NCBI GenBank assembly: GCA_030141605.1
Contig: JAQGDQ010000468.1
Span: forward strand, 1 to 64,000
DNA from: Tubiluchus corallicola
Lineage: Eukaryota; Animalia; Priapulida
Length of the DNA: 64,000 nt
Direction: 5' to 3'
Below the pieces are notes generated by a model that saw only the letters and a program-made list of their open reading frames with translations, had not been told where the DNA came from and searched no databases. A program made the translations under genes and the position numbers. Positions 1-10,243 of the stretch are shown one piece after another; within the stretch, counting starts at the first letter, position 1; every line of letters starts with the position of its first letter.

Positions 1-144
1 CTCATCTCCTATACTTAATTGGGATAAAATTTCATGTAGTGTAGGAGCATCACTAACCGACCAACCAATGCACGCAACATTATTGCTTATAAACTCAAGA
101 GAAACATCTTTATCATAATACGCTCCTATCCCATATATAGCCAT
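1..144 (-). CDS. 5' part of a hypothetical protein running off the window (MAIYGIGAYYDKDVSLEFISNNVACIGWSVSDAPTLHEILSQLSIGDE...)
   Basis: Hand translation: ATG at 144-142, 48 open codons to the window edge. The IGW...L.IGD pattern recalls PUA/EVE-like N-termini of restriction proteins (weak). Confidence 0.6.
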   Translation of the reverse strand, partial: MAIYGIGAYYDKDVSLEFISNNVACIGWSVSDAPTLHEILSQLSIGDE

Positions 145-243
145 ATCTAAATATTATTTACTTTCTTGTGGTATTTCTTTTATAAATTCTCCATGTTCGT
201 ATAACCTTACTTTTAAGCCATACCTAAAAGTAGTACATGGCCA

Positions 244-1530
244 TCAGTTTTGTATAGCCGTTAGTTTACCATTCTCAAAATAGAGATATGTTTTTATTGA
301 ATAGACCCATTGCTCATGAACAAGCCCTTTCACTTGTGTAGTATTAATCGAAAGAGGGTAGCCCCATGCATCTTCACACATTTCAGATGTCATGCCTATT
401 ACTACTTGATTCTTTCCTACTAATGTACCATAGTGAGAACCGTATTTTTTAATCATATCCTGCTTCCACATCTCCTTTTCCTGTTCTCTCTTTTTAGCTT
501 CTTCTCTTGCTAAACGTTTTCTGTCTTCCTCCGCTAACTGTTGTCTTTCAAACTCATTTTTGTCTATAAAGTAAGAAAGAGAGAGCCTATCTCTATAACG
601 ACTTTTGCTATTTTTATCAACTAAAATTTCATGATTTCCATCAGTCAAAACTAACCGTAATTGCATCAAATCTTCTGCTACTTTTGAGGGAACAAACTCT
701 AAAGAAGTACACTTCCATTCTGTATTTTCAGAAATAGTAATCTTCTCACCCGTATTAATGTCAATTGCATTTTCTTTAATAGTTTCCTTGCATAGGAAAT
801 TCTTTTCAACGAAGGTTTTTTGTAAATATTCATAATAAGGAACCATTACAAACCCTAATTCATTTTTCATTGAAGATTTTCCCGCATTCCAATAATGAGC
901 TGATCTTTTAATATATAACGTATCTCCTTCCTCATCTAATAGATATAAATAAAAATAATTATAACCCTCATACTCTTGTTTCATATCAATAATGGTAAAA
1001 TACTTACCCCTAAAAGCACTATCAGGAGTTTTCAGGGATACCTCTATGGGTTCATAATAACGTCTACTACTACTATGATTTGGCTGTAGTGCTTTAGGCT
1101 TATAAACATCTGTCTTTATTTCTCCTGCATAAGATTTATCAAGTGCTTTCTTTGCTTTGTCGTACTTCTCTTTCCAATGACCTGAATTAGGATATGGAGG
1201 GTTAAAATCTGGTTTGTGAGCTGACAAATCATATTTGAATACCTTTTCCGTTTTATAACGCAAGTAAGGTGTGCCATGTTCTACAGAAGGAGTAGTTCTA
1301 GGAATAAAGAATATTTTATGCCCGACATAATATTGCATTCTCTTAAAATTTTTCTCTAAAGACTCCTTCTCATTGTATTGATCATATGAAAAGTAAAAGT
1401 CTGAAGAGCCATCATATACAGATGGTTTATATACAGGCTTTGTTTTAGCCTCTTCTCTTACAGATATTTGTGAAAATAAATCTGCTCCACATAGAAAAAA
1501 AATAACTACTGTCAAAAATTGCTTGTTCAT
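244..1530 (-). CDS. Secreted hypothetical protein with a C-terminal SmpA/OmlA-like domain
   Basis: 436-aa ORF. Likely start is ATG 1530 (MNKQFLTVVIFFLCG.. signal peptide). Charged coiled segment, then IGMTSEMCEDAWGYP...EQWVY...YLYFENGKLTAIQN. Confidence 0.7.
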   Translation of the reverse strand: MNKQFLTVVIFFLCGADLFSQISVREEAKTKPVYKPSVYDGSSDFYFSYDQYNEKESLEKNFKRMQYYVGHKIFFIPRTTPSVEHGTPYLRYKTEKVFKYDLSAHKPDFNPPYPNSGHWKEKYDKAKKALDKSYAGEIKTDVYKPKALQPNHSSSRRYYEPIEVSLKTPDSAFRGKYFTIIDMKQEYEGYNYFYLYLLDEEGDTLYIKRSAHYWNAGKSSMKNELGFVMVPYYEYLQKTFVEKNFLCKETIKENAIDINTGEKITISENTEWKCTSLEFVPSKVAEDLMQLRLVLTDGNHEILVDKNSKSRYRDRLSLSYFIDKNEFERQQLAEEDRKRLAREEAKKREQEKEMWKQDMIKKYGSHYGTLVGKNQVVIGMTSEMCEDAWGYPLSINTTQVKGLVHEQWVYSIKTYLYFENGKLTAIQN

Positions 1531-1551
1531 GATAAGTATAAATTTGTTGTG

Positions 1552-1559
1552 CAAAGATA
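1552..1559 (-). promoter_or_regulatory. Bacteroidota sigma-A -7 element (TATCTTTG)
   Basis: Matches TAnnTTTG, about 20 nt upstream of ATG 1530. Confidence 0.55.
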
Positions 1560-1645
1560 CAAAGTATTACACAAATATTAATAAAAACCCTTGCTTAAGT
1601 AACTTATGCCTCACCCATTTTTCCCAAAAAGGCATAAGTAGTTCT

Positions 1646-2277
1646 ATGAAAAGGGCTGTTTTGTTTGTAGCCTTGTAGCTGTTTTATCAGCTTTGCCAGC
1701 TCACTATAGGTGTACTTGTTCAGTACCTTTTGAGGGCAACCAATCTATGGGAGGAAATAAACTCACTGAGGTAGCGGGTCCCACAGAAGATACAGATGGA
1801 GCAAATAAGCAGTATGTAGATGATAAGGTAAATGAAAAAGTATCAAAAACAGGAGACACTATGACGGGGATATTGAATATGGATAACAACAAAATAACCC
1901 ATGTAGATACGCCTACCGAAAATAAAGATATAGCTAATAAACAATACGTAGATGAAAGCATACAAGCTATCCCTCTATCAGGCACACGTGTCATTGGTTG
2001 GCTAAGAATGCTGGACAACCATACCATTGAGGCACAAGGTGGAGAAATAGATTTTTCTTATTCAGGTTCTACAACTGGAGTATGGTCAATTAGTATTACG
2101 AACAATGGATTGACCATAGAGAATGCCTCTGTTTCTATCTATAAAGGATATTCTTCTTCAAAAGGAGATACCCTCTCCATTAATGTCATATTCGGCACTT
2201 TGATTCAGGTAGAAAACAACAATGTGAGCTCAGGGAGAAGAAATGTAGGATTCACACTTATCGTTTTTGGCAAATAA
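1646..2277 (+). pseudogene. Frameshifted or truncated tail-fibre/trimeric-adhesin-like protein
   Basis: Two head-neck repeats (GGNKLTEVAGPTEDTDGANKQYVD; DNNKITHVDTPTENKDIANKQYVD) and KVSKTGDTMTG. The ATG 1646 frame stops after 10 codons, but one extra base would join MKRAVLFVA to LVAVLSALPA and the long ORF. Confidence 0.55.
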
Positions 2278-2282
2278 GAACT

Positions 2283-2582
2283 ATGAAAGTAATATACAAC
2301 AACCTAATCCCCATAAAAGGCTATGTGGCAATGGCTTTTTATCCGTTTGTTTTTGTGAGAAAAGAGTACAAAGGTAGAGACCTAACCGTTACCTTTAACC
2401 ACGAACAGATACACTTTGCACAACAAAAAGAGCTGTGGTTTATAGGGTTTTACCTGCTATATTTATGGTTTTGGATGCGTTACGGCTACCGAAACATACC
2501 ATTTGAAAAAGAAGCCTACAAACATCAAAAAGACCTCTCTTATTTGAAAAATAGGGAAAGATGGGCGTGGAGGTATTACTGA
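2283..2582 (+). CDS. Small membrane protein with HExxH motif, of a type often found in Bacteroidota prophages
   Basis: NHEQIHFAQQKEL...YRNIPFEKEAY; hydrophobic segment. Confidence 0.65.
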   Translation: MKVIYNNLIPIKGYVAMAFYPFVFVRKEYKGRDLTVTFNHEQIHFAQQKELWFIGFYLLYLWFWMRYGYRNIPFEKEAYKHQKDLSYLKNRERWAWRYY

Positions 2583-2684
2583 TGTCTGTTACTTAAAAAA
2601 GGGAATGAAGTGTCTATAGGGTTTTAAGAATATTTATTGTCGTAGTATAAGTAAAAAGCACTATCTCATAAACTGTGTAAATAG

Positions 2685-2720
2685 AAAATGCCGAGGGTTG
2701 CAACCCTCGGCATTTTTTTG
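2685..2720 (+). terminator. Perfect 32-bp palindrome plus T-run inside the IS256 left end
   Basis: aaaatgccgagggttg|caaccctcggcatttt followed by ttt. Confidence 0.6.
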
Positions 2721-2745
2721 TTTAATTTTAAAACTTTAGACAGTA

Positions 2746-3942
2746 ATGAAAAAAGAAGATTTATTAAATGATGATTTCCTTGAACAGTTTAATTCAGGGG
2801 AAGAGCTCAATGGTTTTTTACAAGAGCTCCAAAAACGAGGCATTGAAAAGATGCTTGAAGGAGAACTCGATGGTCATTTAGGCTATGATAAGAATCAAAA
2901 ATCGGATAATCAGAATGCCCGCAATGGCTATTCAGAGAAGAGAGTCCGAACCACTCTGGGAGAATCCAACATTCAGGTTCCCCGAGACCGTGATGCTTCG
3001 TTTAATCCGATGATTGTACCCAAAGGAGGGAACATGGTCGATGGCTTAGAGAATATCATTGTTTCGTTTTATGCTAAAGGAATGAGTAATAGCGATATTG
3101 AAGAGCAAATTCGGGAGCTATACGGTTTTGAAGTTTCTACATCCACCATATCAAGGATTACCGATTCAGTCACCAACGACATTGTAGCGTGGCAGAACCG
3201 ACCTCTGGAAATTGTATACCTAATTGTTTGGATGGATGGCATTGTATTTAAAGTGCGGGAGAACTCTAAGGTCGTCAACAAAACCGTTTACATTGCCGTA
3301 GGACTTCGCAGAGATGGGAAAAAAGAGGTTCTTGGCTTATGGTTGGGCAAGAGTGAGTCCGCTGCCTTTTGGATGAACGTACTTACCGATATGAAAGCCC
3401 GTGGAGTTAACGATATCCTGATTACGGCAACAGATAACTTGAATGGCTTTACAGATACTATCCGAACTGTTTTCCCTGAATCTAAAACACAAATATGTGT
3501 TGTTCATCAAATCCGTAACGCAAGCAGATACGTGGTTTGGAAAGATAAAAAGGCATTTACAAAAGATATGAAGCAAATCTATAACGCCCCTACAAAAGAG
3601 GCTGCAAAAGCAGCTTTAGAAGATTTTGCAGCAGCTTGGGAGGATAAATACTCTTACGCAATTAAAAGCTGGCGAGACAACTGGGAAGACCTAACAGTAT
3701 TCTTTGAGTTTCCGCTGGAAATCAGAAAGATAATTTATACAACCAACCTGATTGAGAATCTCAACGGAAAAATCAGAAAATACACAAAAAACAAACTTTC
3801 ATTCACGTCAGACCAGGCTGTAATGAAATCTGTATTTTTGGCAACCAGAGAAGCAACTAAAAAATGGTCAATGCCAATCAGAAACTGGGGCATTGTCTTG
3901 AATCAGTTCTTAGTTATATTTGAAAAAAGGGTCCAGCTATAA
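2746..3942 (+). CDS. IS256 family (Mutator-type DDE) transposase
   Basis: [34 protein letters not shown] motifs; 398 aa. Confidence 0.95.
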   Translation: MKKEDLLNDDFLEQFNSGEELNGFLQELQKRGIEKMLEGELDGHLGYDKNQKSDNQNARNGYSEKRVRTTLGESNIQVPRDRDASFNPMIVPKGGNMVDGLENIIVSFYAKGMSNSDIEEQIRELYGFEVSTSTISRITDSVTNDIVAWQNRPLEIVYLIVWMDGIVFKVRENSKVVNKTVYIAVGLRRDGKKEVLGLWLGKSESAAFWMNVLTDMKARGVNDILITATDNLNGFTDTIRTVFPESKTQICVVHQIRNASRYVVWKDKKAFTKDMKQIYNAPTKEAAKAALEDFAAAWEDKYSYAIKSWRDNWEDLTVFFEFPLEIRKIIYTTNLIENLNGKIRKYTKNKLSFTSDQAVMKSVFLATREATKKWSMPIRNWGIVLNQFLVIFEKRVQL

Positions 3943-3994
3943 ATAGCCAAACCCTCGGTATTTTTTTAGTTTACACACTTTGTGAAACAGTGTC

Positions 3995-4024
3995 TTCTAT
4001 TTACACAGTTTATGAGATAGTGCT
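3995..4024 (-). repeat. Extra exact inverted 30-bp copy of the IS256 left end abutting the IRR
   Basis: ttctatttacacagtttatgagatagtgct is the exact reverse complement of 2657-2686. Confidence 0.9.
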
Positions 4025-4036
4025 CCTTCTCATCTG

Positions 4037-4522
4037 TTAGTCTGCCTCATAAAATGCTGATACTCCCGGATAGTGAAAATCCGACTTTGCTTTTTCAAGA
4101 GGAAAAATAAAATACTTCACTACTGCATATGACGCAAGCTTCCCATCAGCACTAAGCAACCTGGCGTCAATAACTGCAATCCTGCCGTTAAGCTCTTTCA
4201 ATGACGCACGAAGCGTTATCTTGCCCTCGTCAATTCTTACCGGCCGCTTATAGCTTATATCAAGGCCCACTGTTACCCCGACTGTTTCACACTTTGTACA
4301 CACGACCCAACTTGCTATCTCGTCCAAAAGAGTAGCCTGAATGCCTCCGTGCAAAATATTCACATACCCCTGATACAGCTCATCCGGAATCCACTCAGCT
4401 ATAACCTCATCTCCTGCATCCCAAAACTCAAGCTTCAGTCCGATATCATTTGTAGGAGAACAGGCAAAACACTTATGGTTGGGGTTTCCCTCTTCTGCAT
4501 AGGGATTTACTATTTTTCTCAT
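4037..4522 (-). CDS. PaaI family (hotdog-fold) thioesterase
   Basis: CFACSPTN, ILHGGIQATLLDE motif. Confidence 0.85.
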   Translation of the reverse strand: MRKIVNPYAEEGNPNHKCFACSPTNDIGLKLEFWDAGDEVIAEWIPDELYQGYVNILHGGIQATLLDEIASWVVCTKCETVGVTVGLDISYKRPVRIDEGKITLRASLKELNGRIAVIDARLLSADGKLASYAVVKYFIFPLEKAKSDFHYPGVSAFYEAD

Positions 4523-4683
4523 TAATAACTTGTGTTGATATATATTATAGACTAATTAATTTATGTGACTCATCCTAAAAACACATCAACAAAATTAACC
4601 TATAATTATAATTCCCCTTTTCAAATTTAAACAAATTAGTGACTACCAGATAGGGAAAATCCGACACAATGAATTACAATAAC

Positions 4684-4710
4684 AATGCTTTTACAAAGCG
4701 AAATATTTTG
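4684..4710 (+). repeat. Left-end fragment of the palindromic intergenic repeat
   Basis: aatgcttttacaaagcgaaatattttg versus consensus gaaacctttgcaaagcaaaatattttg. Confidence 0.4.
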
Positions 4711-4740
4711 CGAATGATTTATTTCCACAAAAACATCAAA

Positions 4741-6570
4741 TCAATAGCCCGGGTTTTGTACCAGCTGGGGAGCTTTTTTTATCTCCTCTGTAGGGATCGG
4801 TATCCAGTACAGCTTTTCAGAAGCAGGCCCGCGCCTTTGCACATTGATTTGTCGCCATGTTGTCGTAATAACTCCATCCTCTTCCTGCTCAATAATATCT
4901 ACTCCCAGCGCATCTGTCAACACCTCATCCAATATCTTCCACCTTCGTACATCATACCAGCGCTTATCTTCAAAAGCAAACTCTATCTTGCGCTCATAAC
5001 GCAATGCTTTGGTAATATCTCCTATAAAATCAGGAAGTCCTGCCCTATTTCGAATCATATTTATATACGTGGTAGCCTCATCATGCTCCCCCAACCCAAT
5101 ACACGCCTCAGCATAATTTAATAATATTTCAGCATAACGAAACTCAATCCACACATTATCGTTATACTCGTCACGCCCAATAATATCATGATCCAGCATT
5201 TTTTTCATAAGATATCCTGTATAACCACCATTCCAATCCTCAATAGGACCTTTTCGTGTATCTATCCCGTATATATCTATGGTGTCTGTACCTTTAATGG
5301 TACGATGTGTGCGACGCTCATAAATACCAAGAGGATCTCTCTCTGCCAAATTATCAAAGCGAGACTGCCAGCGTGCACTATCGTATAAAACTGTTGCGTA
5401 AAACCTGGGCTCACGATTATAATACGGATTCTCGTTAAAATACTTACTCGACTTATTTATATAGTACCTGTCACTACTCAGATCAAAATGATCTTCAAAT
5501 GGAGTACCATCCTCCATTTGGTAATAATCTACAAAATTTTGAGTAGGGTTATTGCCCCCCCAACAGTTCAATCCATTGGGGCCGTTCCAAAGATTTGAGC
5601 GGTGTCTCGCCCCAACATCTTTCAAAAACATTTTACCCCATATAATTTCATTGCTCAGCAAATTTTCAGACCGAAAAAAATCATAATACTCCTCAGCTAC
5701 AACTTTTTGATCATCTCCTCCAAAATCCTCCAAAGAGTACGAATACCCGGGAAAAGTCATCAACTCATAGGCTGCTTCTTTAGCTCTTGTCCACAATGCA
5801 TTACGATCCGGGCCTATATATCCCACATACTCACTTTTTGCAGCACCATCAGCAGTAAGATCACTGGCTGCAAAAAGCAATATTCTTGACTTAAGAGCCA
5901 TTGCTGCACCTTGCGTTGCTCTCCCAAGCTCCATCTCATCCTTTGCTGCAAGGCGCTTTTGGGCCTCTTCACAATCTTCCAGTATGAAGTTGACAGTCTC
6001 TTCAAAAGTTGCGCGCTCTACCTGCAAAAAATCATCCCTTATTTTAAAGGGGGTTCTTATTATTGGTAGCCCCCCATAAGTGCGACACATCTGAGTATAA
6101 GCATAGGCCCTAAGAAAATATGCCTCTCCTTTTATTCTGTTAACCTGCTCCATTATGTTTTCTCTATCTATCTCCGGATAAGCTTTGGGCACATCATCAA
6201 TATTCGCCAAAAATATGTTGACCTTCTGAACTGCATTAAACAGCCACCATGAAGTATGCTGGTATCTTGTATTGCTTCCCCACGTACCCGTATTATCAGC
6301 AGTAATATTACCCTGCAAGTACACGTTACTGGCGTAAACATGAATGAAAAACGTCTCATCAGTAACTGCAGAAAGCATCATCTCATTCATCCCATGCCTC
6401 AGACTGTGATAACAATCGTTCAGGTAAGCCTTGGATAAATTGATATCCGACCACATATCCGCATCTGAATATTTATCTAATGGATTCTTATCCAGGATAC
6501 TATGATTGCACGACAATAACAATAACGGTGCAAGAGCAGAAATTGCGATACTTATTTTAAAGCTTCTCAT
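4741..6570 (-). CDS. RagB/SusD family outer-membrane nutrient-binding lipoprotein
   Basis: Lipobox LLLSC; GEAYFLRAYAY, FRYAEILLNYAEA, ERKIEFAFEDKRWYDVRRW, terminal QNPGY. Confidence 0.95.
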   Translation of the reverse strand: MRSFKISIAISALAPLLLLSCNHSILDKNPLDKYSDADMWSDINLSKAYLNDCYHSLRHGMNEMMLSAVTDETFFIHVYASNVYLQGNITADNTGTWGSNTRYQHTSWWLFNAVQKVNIFLANIDDVPKAYPEIDRENIMEQVNRIKGEAYFLRAYAYTQMCRTYGGLPIIRTPFKIRDDFLQVERATFEETVNFILEDCEEAQKRLAAKDEMELGRATQGAAMALKSRILLFAASDLTADGAAKSEYVGYIGPDRNALWTRAKEAAYELMTFPGYSYSLEDFGGDDQKVVAEEYYDFFRSENLLSNEIIWGKMFLKDVGARHRSNLWNGPNGLNCWGGNNPTQNFVDYYQMEDGTPFEDHFDLSSDRYYINKSSKYFNENPYYNREPRFYATVLYDSARWQSRFDNLAERDPLGIYERRTHRTIKGTDTIDIYGIDTRKGPIEDWNGGYTGYLMKKMLDHDIIGRDEYNDNVWIEFRYAEILLNYAEACIGLGEHDEATTYINMIRNRAGLPDFIGDITKALRYERKIEFAFEDKRWYDVRRWKILDEVLTDALGVDIIEQEEDGVITTTWRQINVQRRGPASEKLYWIPIPTEEIKKAPQLVQNPGY

Positions 6571-6637
6571 CGTTAAATAATTTTACACTAACTTAAACAC
6601 ATATACCTTTAAATTATTAATCATCTTCTCTCTAGGG

Positions 6638-9600
6638 CTAAAAAGCAACCTTTGCACCTATGGAGTAAGTTGCCATAAGCGGATAATTGTTCATCCCTCC
6701 TATTTCAGGATCCATAATATTATTGGCAGAATATATAAGAAACAGATTCTGCCCTGACACGTATACCTTTGCATCTTTCATTAATAGTCTTTCCTGAACT
6801 TTCTTGGGCAAAGTATACATCAATTGAAGGTTTTTTAATCTGCAATACGCTGTATTTTGATACATATATGTATTGGTATACCCTGTAAAATTGCTATAAT
6901 CCCCTTGCCTCCAATACTCCTCCTCACGTTCAAAAGCCCTTGGCTTTGACGCATTTATATTACTCTCTGTCCACCTCCCATCTGCATCATACATAAAATA
7001 ATTACCAGCAGTACCCTGTCTTAAATCAGTATATATTCGCCTCATGGAATTTCCAGCCCCCTGTACTAATGCGGACAAATCAAAACTCTTATACTTCATC
7101 ACTATACTCAGCCCATAAGTAATCTCAGGATCAGCTGTTTTATCAAACAACTGCTTATCAGCATCCGTAATCTTTCCATCCCCATTAAAATCTTCGAATA
7201 TAAGATCCCCGGGCCTTGCCCCCTCTACATGGGGATAACTGTCCAACTCATTTTGATCGCTAAAAACACCTATCACATTATAGAGAAGAGCTGTGCCTTG
7301 CGGATGTCCCGTAAGAACCTGATGCGGCTCATTCCTGGCAGGCTCATCAAACTCAACAATTTTATTTCTCGCAAAAGCAAAATTTCCACTCACAGAATAG
7401 GAGAAACTACCCCTCGTGTCTGTAAACCCTATAGAAGTATCAACACCTCTATTCTCTACAACACCATAGTTCTCATCTGGCAAAGATATTCCGGTAAAAT
7501 CGGGCACTGAAGCATTACGGGTAATAAGAATATCGCTCCTTCTTTCGAAAAAATACTCAAAATCAAAACTCACTTTGCTATTAAACCACTGTGACTCAAA
7601 GCCAACATTGGTTATATTTGCAACTTCCCAGGTTATGTACGGGTTGGGTGTTCCGTCCAGATACAGTCCGGCTAAGTATATCTTATCTTCATCCCAAACC
7701 ATGCCAGTGCCAAACGCATACTTTGCAATATACTGAAACGGAGATACCAGATCATTCCCCATTTGACCCCACGACACTTTTAATTTAAAGTAATCAGCCA
7801 CACCTATACTATTTCTCCAAAAATCCTCATCAGAAATACGCCAACCTGCCAAAATCCCCGGGAAATTCCCCCAACGTCCACTCTCCTTTGAAAAACGCAA
7901 TGACCCATCTCTGCGAAAAGTAAACTGAAACAGGTACCTCTCTTCAAAATTATAGCTTAGCCGGCCAAAGTAATTAATGCGGGAATCTATATCTACCCAC
8001 TCGTCATTACTCTTCTCTTCATCACCTCCGGCAAACAGGTACGGTATCTTGTCTGAAATAAAATACCTGCGATAAGCCTCAAAACCCTTGGCAACATACT
8101 CTGAACTCTCATAAGCAACGAAAACATCAATATTGTGCCTATCTTTAAAACTGTTTTGATAATCTGCTTTCAAATTATAGGTCTTTGTAGTAGAATCATC
8201 AGAATAATTTGTTAAACGGGGCTCGGATACACCTTTCTGACTCCCTATAAGAAACTCTGAACCATCCTCTTTCCCCGTGTTTCCAGCAGCTAAATAGGCA
8301 GCCTCATCAAGCTGGTAAAGAGTCCACGGCTTTTGAAAATTCTTCCTGATTTTGAAATACATATCATATGCAAAATAACCGCTTACGGTCAGCCCTTTTA
8401 CCCCCGGCACTTTCAACCTTGCCGTAACCTGGTTCTGACTTCTGTAGCGCTTATCATCATCAAAACCGGTCTCAAAGGTGGATGAAACGACAGGCTGGTC
8501 TCCATACTCAATATCAGGGCCGGGCAGGCCATTAGGGTAAACAGCGGTATTTGTGGGTTTACTTCTTATCATTGCACTAAATATAGAACCTGCCCCTTTG
8601 GTAGGAAACATTCTGTTCTCTTGCGAGCCATTAACATCAACACTGAGCCCCAAATAACTATTTATCTTAATATCAAGATTCACCCTGAGATTATACCGGC
8701 TATACGAAGTTGCAGAATTTTTATATGCTCCATCTGTATATTGGGAAGCAAACGAAGTATAATAAGAGGTATACTTCCCCCCTCCGTTAATAGATACAGT
8801 ATGGTGGTTCATTCTACTAAACTTTTTAAGCGTTGCATCAAACCAATCTGTATTCGGGTGTGTCCACGGAAACTCACCTGACTTATACTTCTCTATATCC
8901 TCTAGTGAGAATGTCATGTTCGACTCATCCTCTCCTTTATATGTTTGAACTTCACGTATCATTTGCGCATAAGTAGTGGCATCAGCCATCTCCGGCAGCA
9001 TAGTGGGTGTGCTCCACCCCTGATAAAACTCATACCTCAGTGTCGGAGCAGAATCCTCTACTCCCCGCTTGGTAGTAATAAGAATAACACCATTTGCCGC
9101 ACGGGAACCATAGATAGCAGCCGAAGCATCCTTTAGTACTGTCAGGCTTTCAATATCACTCGGATCAATAGAATTAAGGTCCCTTCCGGGAATACCATCT
9201 ACCACCACGAGAGGTGCGTTTTTGTCAATATCGTCGCCTGAATTAATTGTCGATGAACCACGAACCTTTATGTCTGCACCATCATACCCAGGCTCTCCAC
9301 TTCTCTGCTGTACAACTACACCGGGAAGACGCCCCGCCAGCGCATTAGAAACAACAGAAACAGGCGCACTGGTTAGCTCCTCATTCCGCACAGTCACTAC
9401 GGAACCTATAACATTCTCCTTCTTCTGCACTCCATAGCCAACAGCTACAACCTCTTCCAACCCGATTGCACTATATCGCATCAAAACATCTATACTGCTT
9501 TGTCCATCAATAGAAACCTCCTCAGTATCCATACCAATAAATGAAAACACCAAAACATCAGCACTCTCCCGTAACTCTAAACTGTAGTTCCCATTCATAT

Positions 9601-9862
9601 CGGATACAGTACCAATGGTGGTACCTTTTACAATAACTGTTACTCCAGGAATAGGTATTCCCTCCTGGTCTGTTACTTTACCCGAGACTCTACCCTGCTG
9701 TTCGTTCTCAACAATGCAGGCAACAACAGGTACTACATCCACCCCGGTACCCTTGGCCGGTAGCCCCCACATAAAAAAAATAGGAAATATAGTTTGGACA
9801 ATAACAACAACCTTGCAATAGTGTGTCACCATGCGGTATCCCTCAGGAGATTCTTTTTTCAT
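6638..9862 (-). CDS. SusC/RagA family TonB-dependent transporter
   Basis: PLVVVDG...IESLTVLKDASAAIYGSRAANGVILITTKRG signature; C-terminal F; upstream of susD. Confidence 0.95.
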   Translation of the reverse strand: MKKESPEGYRMVTHYCKVVVIVQTIFPIFFMWGLPAKGTGVDVVPVVACIVENEQQGRVSGKVTDQEGIPIPGVTVIVKGTTIGTVSDMNGNYSLELRESADVLVFSFIGMDTEEVSIDGQSSIDVLMRYSAIGLEEVVAVGYGVQKKENVIGSVVTVRNEELTSAPVSVVSNALAGRLPGVVVQQRSGEPGYDGADIKVRGSSTINSGDDIDKNAPLVVVDGIPGRDLNSIDPSDIESLTVLKDASAAIYGSRAANGVILITTKRGVEDSAPTLRYEFYQGWSTPTMLPEMADATTYAQMIREVQTYKGEDESNMTFSLEDIEKYKSGEFPWTHPNTDWFDATLKKFSRMNHHTVSINGGGKYTSYYTSFASQYTDGAYKNSATSYSRYNLRVNLDIKINSYLGLSVDVNGSQENRMFPTKGAGSIFSAMIRSKPTNTAVYPNGLPGPDIEYGDQPVVSSTFETGFDDDKRYRSQNQVTARLKVPGVKGLTVSGYFAYDMYFKIRKNFQKPWTLYQLDEAAYLAAGNTGKEDGSEFLIGSQKGVSEPRLTNYSDDSTTKTYNLKADYQNSFKDRHNIDVFVAYESSEYVAKGFEAYRRYFISDKIPYLFAGGDEEKSNDEWVDIDSRINYFGRLSYNFEERYLFQFTFRRDGSLRFSKESGRWGNFPGILAGWRISDEDFWRNSIGVADYFKLKVSWGQMGNDLVSPFQYIAKYAFGTGMVWDEDKIYLAGLYLDGTPNPYITWEVANITNVGFESQWFNSKVSFDFEYFFERRSDILITRNASVPDFTGISLPDENYGVVENRGVDTSIGFTDTRGSFSYSVSGNFAFARNKIVEFDEPARNEPHQVLTGHPQGTALLYNVIGVFSDQNELDSYPHVEGARPGDLIFEDFNGDGKITDADKQLFDKTADPEITYGLSIVMKYKSFDLSALVQGAGNSMRRIYTDLRQGTAGNYFMYDADGRWTESNINASKPRAFEREEEYWRQGDYSNFTGYTNTYMYQNTAYCRLKNLQLMYTLPKKVQERLLMKDAKVYVSGQNLFLIYSANNIMDPEIGGMNNYPLMATYSIGAKVAF

Positions 9863-10142
9863 AGATTTTCGTATTTTTATATTGACAACAAACCGCTTAA
9901 GCCCTCTAAACGCTTCTCTCCATCAACTTCACTCACATAACGTAAATATAAATAGTCAGTTTTAAACACAGGGAAACGCCAAGTTAAATAAATTAATTAT
10001 TATTTTCAGCACAAACACTCCTTATTTTTCATACTTATAATCTTGCATCCTGCCTCTGCGGTATTGATACTTTTTTGTAACCTGAGCGCTGTATATAGCA
10101 CCAAGTGGTATTTAAAACCTTTAGAATAAAAAAGAATCTCTC

Positions 10143-10237
10143 GAAACCTTTACAAGGCAATTAAAAATAGTAGTTTGATGATGTAAATGAGGATTTTGAC
10201 AAAATATTAATAAAAAGATGAATTTTGTAAAACTCTC
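10143..10237 (+). repeat. Palindromic MITE-like repeat (internally shortened copy)
   Basis: gaaacctttacaag...gtaaatgaggattttgacaaaatattaataaaaagatgaattttgtaaaactctc. Confidence 0.8.
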
Positions 10238-10243
10238 AATATA

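Larger units (their letters stand above)
2657..3994 (+). mobile_element. IS256-family insertion sequence
   Basis: IRL agcactatctcataaactgtgtaaat at 2657. Imperfect IRR at 3968-3994 (reverse complement gacactgtttcacaaagtgtgtaaact). Full transposase. No flanking direct repeat seen. Confidence 0.9.

Noticed and set aside
154-246. 29 open codons in frame after the TGA of the 244-1530 gene (readthrough/selenocysteine)
   Set aside because: The protein already ends in a typical ...LTAIQN terminus, no SECIS-like hairpin is evident, and a run of this length can occur by chance.
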